From Octopus vulgaris (lineage: Eukaryota): 64,000 nt of DNA. Below, piece after piece: positions 1 through 10,423 of the stretch. The stretch is taken from the NCBI GenBank assembly GCA_951406725.2, contig OX597818.1, positions 113,150,001 to 113,214,000 of the forward strand. Reading direction: 5' to 3'. The number at the start of each line of letters is the position of its first letter. The first letter of the stretch is position 1. The notes beneath the pieces were generated by a model that ran no database searches, was not told the origin of the DNA, and saw nothing but the letters and a program-made list of their open reading frames with translations. The translations under genes were made by a program, and so were the position numbers.

Positions 1-293
1 ATCTCTACCACTACATATAATCGTTCTTTTTCATTACCTCCTCTCTTTCATCCACTGACAATCATCAACCAGATTTATAATAGACTTGTAATAAGAAAAT
101 GTAGATTTCGCTTACAAACACTTGATTAAATGACAAGCGTTACCATCAGCTATAATCGGAATATTATTAAAATGCTCTATAACAATTCCTAATTGAGTCA
201 GCGAGGGCTGGCAGATTAACTCTTCCGTTAGACCAGAATATTGCAGCTCTCTCTTGGTTAAACTGTTGGTCAAGTCTATAAAAAATGGAGGCG

Positions 294-420
294 GTTCAAT
301 ATCCTTGAACAACCCTTACCCAGTGACACTTTGGTGGCATACACTGCTATCTCGCTCAATAAAAATAATAATAATAATAACCTAATTGATTGGAAGTGCT
401 ATCATATACACGTTTTGTCT
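294..420 (+). repeat. Two abutting fragments of the (AAT)n-tailed interspersed repeat also seen at 15212-15790
   Basis: gttcaatatccttgaacaaccctta and cccagtgacactttggtggcatacactgctatctc+(AAT)n match the middle and 3' end of the 15.2 kb copy; ctaattgattggaagtgctatcat matches its 5' part. Confidence 0.7.
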
Positions 421-1082
421 TTAATTACTGTAAGTATTTCTTTACTAAATTAACTGTTTCTTTACAAAACAAATTCGACTTTATGTTTCTTTAGACGCAT
501 GTATATAGGTACATTAGGTGTCGCGCTTCACTCTGACTCATTATACACATAGAAATACATATATATGTGAGTGTACCCGCGCATGTGCATACTATAAGTA
601 GGGGTCATACACTAACATTCGAACAATTGCAGTAGAAATATGTTAGCGATATGACTGCAGCAGTTATGGAACCGGAGGTTTGAAATTACAAGAAAATAAA
701 TGAATTTTGAAGTGAATTGTTCAGACTGGTCAGCTGTGTTTGTTATTAAATGATATAACAACTGCGAATGGAGTTAACCGCTGTTAAAGTGTGTCTACAG
801 AGTTTTGGGAGACACCGTGTATATTTGCATCGTGAAAGACATTATTTAGGTATTCAGAAACACAAACACACAAAGACCGCGAACTTCACTTAAACATTTA
901 TTTGTAATAGAGTGTCAAAATTTTCGAAGCTTGAAACTGCGACTTGTTCTCTGACAGAAAATTCTGCAGCATAAATATTTAAGTGAAGTTGACAGCCTTT
1001 TGTCTTTCCGAAAGTTTAACTTCTACTTTTCACGCTGTAAACGTTTTAGTTTCATCACATGATCTGAGATCAAAATACTGCT

Positions 1083-1260
1083 TACATTCGACGGATATTT
1101 GTCCTCATCTTGTTTGTTGTTAGTACGTTTCGGCTGATATATCCTCCAGCCTTCATCAGGTGTCTTGGGGAAATTATTATTATTATTCAAGTCACTGCCT
1201 GGAATCGAACTCGGGATCTAGGGTTTAGTAGCTCCGCACTCTTAACCACTACGCCATATG
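1083..1260 (-). mobile_element. tRNA-headed, hammerhead-containing short element (family H1), minus copy with internal deletion
   Basis: Reverse complement has A box TGGCGTAGTGG, B box GAGTTCGATTCC, an (AAT)n linker, then gacacCTGATGAaggctg..cagccGAAAcg; homologous to 6709-6969 and 63508-63870. Confidence 0.85.
1120..1164 (-). ncRNA. Minimal type I hammerhead ribozyme motif (core intact, stem I 3' arm damaged)
   Basis: rc: gacac-CTGATGA-a-ggctg-gaggatatat-cagcc-GAAA-cg-TA; perfect 5-bp stem II and palindromic ACGT stem III. Confidence 0.65.
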
Positions 1261-1293
1261 GCCCCGATCTTAACATCTATGTCATATGCCTAC

Positions 1294-1381
1294 GGGCATA
1301 TGGCGTAGTGGTTAAGAGCGCGGGCTACTAACCCCAACATTCCGAGTTCGATTCCAAGCAGAGACCTGAATAATAATCATC

Positions 1382-1414
<33 letters not shown>

Positions 1415-1542
1415 CGATAAGGAAGAAAGAAAAGTCGAGAGATATGACAGGTTAGCTTCGGAAGTTAGGCAATCTATAAATTTACAAATGTAAATAATGT
1501 AAATAATGTACATAATTCATCACCTCTTAAATATAGAATTGT
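1294..1542 (+). mobile_element. Family H1 plus copy (tRNA head and 3' tail; body replaced), head-to-head with 1083-1260
   Basis: gggcatatggcgtagtggttaagagcgcgggctactaacccc...gagttcgattcc head at 1294-1368; tail atgtaaataatgtacataattcatcacctcttaaatatagaa at 1487-1540. Confidence 0.8.
1413..1476 (+). pseudogene. Short R4/Dong-like non-LTR fragment (C-terminal restriction-like endonuclease region) following an (AAT)n tract
   Basis: Translates CDKEERKVERYDRLASEVRQ, resembling the KExEKxxKYxxLxxE motif of R4-clade elements. Confidence 0.5.
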
Positions 1543-2469
1543 ATTATCAAAATAGTTTATATGTATATATGTTCGTATGTATAGAGTGAGTGGATGTAAG
1601 ATATATATAAATGATTCGATAAATCCTGTTTATTTTGTTCTCCTGAGGGCAACTTAATGAATTTATATCGAATTTTTCTGGCATTATTTCCAACTCGTGA
1701 TTTGTGAAGTAATATTATTTTTGAAGTTTGAACATTTAGTCATTCTTTTTTTCGAACTGAATATTGAAATGTAATGTTTCTTGTAAAATAGTTGGACTGC
1801 ATAACTTTGATAATCTTCGATGGAAATAACTTTGATCTTTACAGTAATGAGCGACTTGTTATTTTGCTCCCACGACTGAGTTACAAATAAGGGATTTAAA
1901 AAATAGATTTCCGAAAATATTCAATATTCAAATTTTCAATACGAATTTGTTGCGACTCTGAAAATAGTTTATCTATTTCGATATACCTTTGATAAGGTAC
2001 ACTTGGAGATTACCATTATTGTAAACCTAACAAAATATCGCAATAAATTAGGATAAATAGTTATTAGTAAAATTCTAACTGTGAAATGATATCCCATAAA
2101 ATGCATTAAGCATCTATCCTATTGCATCTATGACGCCGAATTACTTGCTCCGATTGTCATTAAAGTATATATCAATACAATTATATAGGCAATAACAAAA
2201 ATGTATAGAGTACAAAAATAATATCAAACCCAAACCAAGAACTGGGGATTTACATTATACAATCATCCTTAGAATTTACGTTCTTTTAATGATATAAAGA
2301 TAATGTCCATATACTACAGATATGGAAAGATCTTTACAAAAATAGTGGTATGTAAGCTATATTCAATATATTTTTATAAATATCAAATCTTCAGAAACAC
2401 ACCATTATATTGCTCGCGGTTTCTTTGAGACATGATGTTAAAAAGTTCGCATGACGATGAATATCTAAT

Positions 2470-2675
2470 ATTTGTTTCAAATTTTAGTCCGAGGTCAGCA
2501 AATTCTGTGGAAGGTTAAATCGATTACATTAACCCCACCCCCAAACTGAGATTTGTTTATCGCTACTGAACTGATGAAAAAGGCAGAGACGACCGCGGTG
2601 GAATTTGAACTCAGAATGCAATGCTGCTAAGTAGTTTTCTCGGCGTGCTAAGGATTCTGCCAGTTTGCTATCTTA
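2470..2675 (-). mobile_element. Degenerate tRNA-derived SINE, family B
   Basis: ggaatttgaactcagaa B-box region and tgctaaggattctgccag head shared with other family B copies. Confidence 0.75.
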
Positions 2676-2796
2676 AACGAATTTCTAATGTTGACAAAAA
2701 AAAATCGCGATTAGACTTGTGTGCAGATAGTGTTAGATCAGGATTGACTTGAATCTAATTATCAACCTTTCCCCCAAATATTGAAACATTTATAAT

Positions 2797-3141
2797 ACTC
2801 TCTTTACTCTTTTACTTGTTTCAGTCATTTGACTGCGGCCTTGCTGGAGCACCGCCTTTAGTCGAGCAAATCGACCCCGGAACTTATTCTTTGTAAGCCC
2901 AGTACTTATTCTATCGGTCTCTTTTGCCGAACCGCTAAGTAATGGGGACGTAAACACACCAGCATCGGTTGTCAAGCAATGCTAGGGGGACAAACACAGA
3001 CACACAAACACACACATACATATACATATATATACATATATACGACAGGCTTCTTTCAGTTTCCGTCTACCAAATCCACTCACAAGGCTTTGGTCGGCCC
3101 GAGGCTATAGTAGAAGACACTTGCCCAAGGTGCCACGCAGT
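2797..3141 (-). mobile_element. tRNA-derived SINE, family A (5'-truncated, internal microsatellite)
   Basis: Near-identical reverse complement of 20058-20438; CORE-like ccttgggcaagtgtc segment. Confidence 0.9.
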
Positions 3142-4699
3142 GAAGTTTATGGATTTATATACAGTTCTTTTTTATATACACAGTGGGGAGAGAAAATTTA
3201 ATTTCACGCCTCTTAGAATTACTCAAAATTATTCTATAGTAATTCGCATCTAAATTGGAACACTAGAATTTAATTTGTTATTATCGCCATAAAACACGTC
3301 ACACACACCAGGAGCACTTAAATATTTCTGTATTGAGATTGTCAAAGTAACAGTTTATAAATCTTTATTACACTTTCACAAAATAGATAGAAATCTGGTA
3401 ATTGTATTTCGCGAATTATGACTATGATGTAAATATCATAAGCCTCATTACACAATTGATTCCCTGTAAGATTTTGATAAAAACTTCTATTTCATATTAC
3501 CATACATATATATATCTTTTCTTCCTTTTATTAAGCTTGTTAACGAGAATTTCTCTTCCGTGATTATTAGAACAAAATAACACTCCTTCAAAGTTACCTG
3601 AGTCAATTTTTCGTCTGACATTGACTAAATTCAGTAATTCTGTCGATATTTCTCCGCATCAAGTTTTCATTGATTTTATTATAAAAACATGATAATAATT
3701 TTGTTTTGCTTCCGTTAAAATATCAAATATAATTTATTACAGTTTTAATATCAATATAAATGTTTTTTGTGATATTAGTGCAAATTGAACGTCACAAATT
3801 TCTCTCAATGCTCCTATGATACCGGTTTCGGAGGGCACGAGTAACTAGATTATGGGTCATGTGATAAGGAAACGCTTCTATTAATTGTCTTACTAATAGA
3901 CCGAGATTTGTTAAATTAGTTGTATTTATATTTTTCACTTTAGATCAATATTTTATTATATATATATTTTTTTAGAAAATTAAGAATTTTAAATTTTATT
4001 TTTCGAAATTTTATAAGATTTTAATTAATTTAAAAGTTGTTGTCGCATAAACTTGTCAATGACAGTGTATTTTATTATGATTTTTTAAGAATTGCGAAAG
4101 TGTGAAACAATTCATTTATTTAATTACCTGTGATTTAATTTATGATACTTGTAAAAATTTCCATCATTTTTACATCGGAGAAAAGTTTAAAGCAAATATA
4201 TGACAAATATAAGACTTGAAACAAATATTTTTTTTTTAATTCAATGGATAAAATCTTAAAACATTTTAAGTTTCGATTGTTCTGCCGAATATACTCCAAA
4301 TTCCAAATTCTTAAACGTTTAAGATCAATGTTTTGCCCATATATTTAAAAGTTATCTTCTAAATGTCATCTTATTAGGCAAAATAACAAAGCTTTGTTAG
4401 ATATATGTAACATGATCATCAAGTTCGTATAATGTTATGTCAAACAAATGTTTCTCTCTATCTCTTCCTCGTGTATAAAAACGTACAGTGTGTCTTTTAC
4501 GCACTTCGGCCCTAAGGTCTCTCCCTCAAGGCATCTGAGTGTTTCTGACAACAAAAAGAAGCTCCCTTTCAACGCATCAACAGGCTTAACATCAGTTATG
4601 CATTTCTCATGAGTGGACCGTAGCAACGTGATGTGCCGAGCTGTATAACGCAATTAAAAACCCTTTCCTCAGATTAAACCTAAGACTTCACGATCTTAA

Positions 4700-5660
4700 C
4701 GATCCTGAGCACCAAAATATAACTCCTTCAACATACCTGCCAATATTTTAACACGTGGCCTATACCAGAAATATTACTCGTGGAATTTACGCTTGTTAGA
4801 TTATGGCACATATTACGAACAGGATAAAAGAAATTTCGTAACCAGCTTCCAGTACATTTGGAGATAAGTATTAATATTAAAATTTTTACAAATATTGTTT
4901 GTGCATCAGCCACTGGAAAATCTATATCTTTAGGATTGTCCACAAGCATTTAATTTGTATTATTTGATCAAAACTAGTTATTGTTTGGAACAATATTATA
5001 AGCCACGTTTTCTTTCTTTGTATTGATTCTCTGCATCATCCTTCTGCTGCTTCAAATGGCAGTGTCCTTTTACTGATATTATAAAGGCTCGTAAAATATT
5101 CTGGAATATCTGTACCATCAACTCTTTTATAAGTATGTTAAATCTCGATAGACAGCGAACATATAAGATTCAATTTGATTTGCAAATTCACACAAACCAA
5201 ACAAGTTGACATTTCCGCATAACAGAACCACTGACGTATACAGGCATCTATTCGAAATCGGTTGTAAAGGAAAGCTTCAATGCATTTATGTATGTATGTT
5301 TAGTGTTGGTTTGTGTCGTTTCCAACACAGTGAATCAAGTTATCTCTTTGATATATTTAATACATTTTGCAATGCTCTGCACCCATTTCTATTGAGTAGA
5401 ATATGTTTATTCCCCTGCAGTCATTTCATTAGATATCATGAAATGCTGTCGATGAATAGCGTGTCTTACGTCAGCAATCCCGACAATAGCAACAACATTT
5501 TAGCATTAAATAGACGAATCATAGATTTTCTTCTCGTAATTTCCTCTTCCTTCCGATTGTTTGTTAAGTTATTTGAGAAATGCTGGAACAATGTAACTTC
5601 CAATACGTTAAAACGACATTGTAAAAACACAACCAGCGTTCTTAAATCAAAAACTACATA
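4700..5660 (-). pseudogene. Highly decayed hAT (Charlie/Buster-like) transposase relic
   Basis: Minus-strand fragments in the expected order: HAIHRQH (~HCIIHRQH), AKCIKYIK, LYTSV..LCGNV (~LxTxVRWLSxGxV), WKLVTKFLLSCS*Y; many stops and frameshifts; boundaries approximate. Confidence 0.45.
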
Positions 5661-6027
5661 ATGAATACTTATTCATAATCTGAGATAATAATCTCGAGAT
5701 AGTGTTGCCTTGAGAATGAATAATTGATTCTAAACATTTGAACAATTATCGTTTGAAGGTTGAAAGTTTAGTCTTTCATAATGTTCGAATTTATATGAAG
5801 AAAGTTTGATAACAGCCTTCCCTAAGGAGACTAAAATATTATTACGCAGTACATTTGATCTGCTGTGAATGCCAAAGCAATAAAAGTTAAAGTGTCTGAG
5901 GTGAGTGCATTATTTTATTACTATTATATTTTCCTGGGCTGTTAACTTTCTATGTCGACATAAGACACTTCGTAAAGGCAATAGATGCAACCTATCTCTA
6001 TGTAATGTAAGCATTGTATGTCTAAAT

Positions 6028-6415
6028 ATTCTTTTCTACCTGAGACACAAGGCCCGAAATTTATGGGGAGGGGGCAAGTTGATTAAATCGACCCCAGTAC
6101 GCAACTGGCACTTAATTTATAGACCCTGAAAAGATGAAAGGCAAAGTCGACCTCGGCGGAATTTCAACTCAAAACGTATACCTATTTCTTTACTACCCAC
6201 AAAAGGCTACACACAGAGGGGACAAACAAGGACAGGCAAACGGATTAACTCGATTATATCGACTCCAGTGCGTAACTGGTACTTAATATATCGACCCCGA
6301 AAGGATGAAAGTCAAAGTCGACCTCGGCGGAATTTGAACTCAGAACGTAAAGACAAACGAAATGCCGCTTTGCATTTCGCCCGGTGTGCTAACGCTTCTC
6401 CTTGCTCGCCGCTTT
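6028..6415 (-). mobile_element. Family B SINE composite (head-body-tail1 followed by body-tail2)
   Basis: Two copies of gatgaaag.caaagtcgacctcggcggaattt.aactca with two different 3' tails. Confidence 0.9.
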
Positions 6416-6708
6416 AATATATGTTAAATATTGGAAGGACTTTGCACATTGTAGAGCTTGTAACTTCATTAGTAATTGTGAATCATTTTAACTGAATGTT
6501 AATAAATAGATTAATAAAGTCCTGTATATATCTGAGGTGAGATGAGCAAGGAAGGTTCAATCAGAAGCATTCAGGGTTACGCAACTGAACAATAATTTCA
6601 ACCTTATCATATACTTAATTAATTTTTATAGTTGATATTTTAATTGTAATGCATATCTTTATTGTAAATTTTACTGCAATACGACATTGATAACATCCAA
6701 AACATTCC

Positions 6709-6981
6709 GTTCTATATTTAAAAGATGAGGAATTATATACATTATTTACATTTGACAGATATTTGTCATCTTTTTTGTTGCTAACACAACATTTCAGCTG
6801 ATAAACCCTCCAGCCTTCATCAGGTGTCTTGGGGAAATTTCGAACCTGGGTTCTCATTCCTAAAGTATTTTTCGATGTTGTTGTTATTATTATTATTCAG
6901 GTCACTGCCTGTAATCGAACTCGGAGTCTTGGGGTTAGTACCCCGCGCTCGTAACCACTACGCCATATGTAAATAATGTAC
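6709..6981 (-). mobile_element. Family H1, most complete copy (~260 bp), plus a short inverted tail piece at its head
   Basis: rc: tRNA head, (AAT/AAC)n, body, HHR, tail ...taaatatagaa; plus-strand tail fragment atgtaaataatgtac at 6967-6981. Confidence 0.88.
6783..6828 (-). ncRNA. Minimal type I hammerhead motif (stem I intact, two C>T changes)
   Basis: rc: gacac-CTGATGA-a-ggctg-gagggtttat-cagct-GAAA-tg-TT-gtgtt; stem I gacac/gtgtt. Confidence 0.65.
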
Positions 6982-7204
6982 CCAAATCATATTTACATAA
7001 TCGTGGAATGTAAAACATGCAAGACTACCAGGTGATATGAATTAAATTAAGTATGATTGTTTAAGCTCTCCTCTAACACATTTCTCAAACAGAAGAAGTC
7101 GATTTTTATAGAATAACAATTAAATTAAAGACTCAACTGTACAAGCACATTAAATAAAATTATATGCATTGCCTTTTTCTTTCCATAATTCCTATGTTCT
7201 TGTA

Positions 7205-7440
7205 TTCTTTTACTTGTTTCGGTCATTTGACTGCGGCCATGCTGGAATACCACCTTTAGTCGAACAAATTAATCCCAGGACATATTATTTGTACGCCTAG
7301 TACTAATTTTATCGGTGTCTTTTTTCGAACCGCTAACTAATGGGGTTAAACACAACATCATCGGTTGTCAAGCAATGGTGTAGGAGAGACACAGACAGAA
7401 ACATATACACACACGCTCGCACACACACACACACACATAT
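7205..7440 (-). mobile_element. Family A SINE, 3' half
   Basis: cttttacttgtttcggtcatttgactgcggccatgctgg... matches the family A tail. Confidence 0.85.
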
Positions 7441-7744
7441 ATATATAGCTGGAGGATTAAAATTAAGCAAAGGACATACTAAGTATGCCTGACTGCTGGA
7501 AATAACATCAAAACTTTTATTTAAATCTCCAAAATACACTGATAATAACTACAGAAATAAACTCTCTGTAGGCAAACGGGCTAAGACAATCTCTCAGCAT
7601 ACATTGAATGGGGAAGATTGTGTCAAGAGTGTGGGTAGAGGAGAGCATCACACGATGTTTTAAATGTTGCCAAAGGGGCCACATTAGACTGCACTGCCCT
7701 CTACGGAGGAAAACGACAGAAGAAGCGGTGGTGGAGGCGATGTT

Positions 7745-7898
7745 GGTGTTTTTAAGTCCCCTTAACTAAGCGATTCTGCAAAAGAGACCGACAGAATAAA
7801 TACTAGGCATACAAAAACAAATCCTGGGGTCGATCTGTTCGACTAGGGGCGGTGCTCTTGCATGACCGCAGTCATAGGACTGATACAAGTAAAAGAAT
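7745..7898 (+). mobile_element. Family A SINE, 3' part, inverted relative to 7205-7440
   Basis: ggtgtt...caaaagagaccgacagaataa...acaagtaaaaga. Confidence 0.85.
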
Positions 7899-8502
7899 AT
7901 AGTTTCAAATCACATGAGGGACGACATCAATTTACAGCCATGTAGATATTATAAGGACTACGGATAAAATGAATTCAACCCCACATTTCTGTCGTATGAA
8001 ATAATTAGTCCACCGTTTCATCACCCCCACCCATGGGAACGAAATTTGCCACCGAATAAAACATTTGTAACTTTCCACGAAACCCGTTTCTAACAAAACT
8101 GATGTTGTCTCTTGAGCGAAGAAACCTTTTTACTGTTGGGAATCAGGGGAAAAATTAGTCATGATTTGAAGAATTGAATTCTGTACACTTTTCGATACAT
8201 TATAGATGGACGTTGACTTCCGAGGCATCCTAGCGTATATAATTAATTAATGATTAAATAAGAATCAAATTCTCATATACCTAACAATACAGAATAGAGT
8301 CCTCCAGTCTAACTTGTTTCCGCAAGTATACACTTCTCTGTCTTTTGTATTCTAAGTACCACATAAAACTAAGGGAATCCCTAGGGCTGTATAAAAATAT
8401 TTCTATGTACAATCGGATATAGCTATCAGTATAAATTTGCAATAAAACTTGCAATGATGAAGCATAAAATATTGTTATCAAATATGATTTTATAGAAGAA
8501 TT

Positions 8503-8791
8503 ATTTGTTCCTTCTCGAGCCACACGTGGCACATAAGGGCCGGTTTCCCGATTTCCTTAGTATATAGGCTCCCCACCTGGACGAGACGCCGGTCCGGCGC
8601 AGGTGAGCTGCAAGATGTAGGAGGAAAGAGTGACAGAAATATGTGGCGAAAGTGTCAGCAGAAGTTCGCCTTTACCTTCTACCGGAGCCGCGCGGAGCTC
8701 ATAAACACACACATCGCCCGGTCTGAGATTCGAACACGCGATCCCTCGACCGCGAGTCCGCTGTTCTAACCACTAGGCCATGTGTTTCCAC
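8503..8791 (-). mobile_element. tRNA-derived SINE, family D (V-domain-like body)
   Basis: rc head tggcctagtggttagaacagcggactcgcggtcgagggatcgcgtgttcgaatc has A and B boxes; body cctgcgccggaccggcgtctcgtccagg resembles the V-SINE domain (from memory). Confidence 0.75.
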
Positions 8792-10089
8792 TTATAGATG
8801 AATAGGAACACAAACTGAATTCTAAAAAGTATTCCCTAATTTAATAAAATTGTATTGAAATACCAATATTGATACGTGTTCCACCTACAGTATCTTTCGA
8901 ACTTGCCACCGCAACGGTTGAATTTTAGGATTTTTTGAAGGCGATCATGGTTTTTTAAATAATGGATGAATAGTTTATTCAAACCCAAACTAGATCAATC
9001 TCCAACACTATTAAACAATTTCTCTGCTGTTGTGTTATTCCAGCCTGAAAATATTGATGCTATTTCAAATTAACGTTATTGTGATTTACGTAAACCTCTT
9101 TGCTTTTAGAAGTGTATGTATCAATATACCTTCAGACTTTTATTTGCGATAATTCAGGTTTTTACAGCACACACATGGAAAAGCATTTTACTATTATTTT
9201 GTACAAGTTCCTAGCAACTCTTTAACTGAAAAGAGTTGTCGCTGCGTAGGGTCTTTTTTACTCACGTCTTATTTGACAGAAGGTTGAATTATATAGAGAT
9301 TGATATCAATTACTCTACTTTATTTCAAATTTCCCAGCGAATATATAAATATCGTCAAAGAGTAATATATTCTCTGTCTTTATTTACAATGTTTAAGAAA
9401 TTGTTTCTATAATTTTTTTAATCACACTTCTTTACGCTTCTTGCTGAATGCCAATGCAAATCTTTTTAGTTGCTTATATAGTAAGGAATTTATGAGTTCT
9501 TAAGATAAACATTCTACATCTGTATTAGTGTTGACATTTTTGCAAAGGAAAATTTGCAATGCATCCACTTTATGATAACTTCTCTCTTTTCAATGAGAAG
9601 ATTAATGCAGATCTTCTTATAATGTTATCTGAATATCTTTGTTGGAGTGTTTGGATAAATAGAAAGCTTTTATTCTCTGTTCGCAAAAGTGTTCTCCTCT
9701 GTTCAATCGTATTACGTGTATTTGTATGCACGACTATTGGAAAGAAAATAAGAAAATCTAATTACAGCAGAATATTTATCATTTACAAACAACCAAACAA
9801 TGATCTCGCAGGAAGAAAATTAAAGCAACATTCTGCTGACAAGGCTACAATATTAATTTAATGAATGCACATGGCATTGGACATTCGATATAGCGATAAA
9901 GTTAAGTTTAATTTACAATAAATACTATTGAATACGTTAAGTATTTTTTCTTTTCCTCCTACCCTTGGATAGAGATATGAGACATGAACATCGAGAAAAG
10001 AAACGTCAGTGCAAGGACATGCCGAACGCACAATCCCTTCATTACTAAAATCCATTATTAAAACATGCACATTCACACATATACATACA

Positions 10090-10423
10090 TCATGAATATA
10101 AAACATATACAGGGGCTTCGGAAAATTTATTCAAGACTCGATTATATTCCCACCGAAATTCTTTCCGATACCCCTAGAACAGGAGAGCGACTAGTCTGGC
10201 AAAACATGTCTGGGAATTGAAAGAGAATGAAACTCGTCCTTTCAATGTAACCTGGGAAACTCTAGATAAAACATCAACATATAGATATGGAGCTTATAAA
10301 ATACCTACGAAATGTAATCTTTACCTCTTAGAACAGTTCTTCGTCCTGTTCCAGGATACAAATGCTTTGAACCAGAGACTCGAACTCTTAAATTCCTGCA
10401 GGCACGCCGCAAAGGATGGGTAA
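10090..10423 (+). pseudogene. Penelope-like element GIY-YIG endonuclease C-terminal relic (Naiad-like)
   Basis: One frame reads EYKTYTGASENLFKTRLYSHRNSFRYP*NRRATSLAKHVWELK...CNLYLLEQ...LNQRLELLNSCRH, matching YIG..FKxRxxxH..TxLSxxVWxLK..CxLCLxEK..LNxRxELxxxCRH. Confidence 0.8.

Noticed and set aside
1294-1368. Possible genuine tRNA gene (CT-ACT-AA loop)
   Set aside because: Acceptor and T stems do not pair, and it is fused to repeat sequence at several loci, so it is a SINE-type head.
10109-10176. Apparent mini-MITE (caggggcttcggaaa ... tttccgatacccct)
   Set aside because: It lies in frame within the PLE GIY-YIG coding relic, so the symmetry is probably coincidental.
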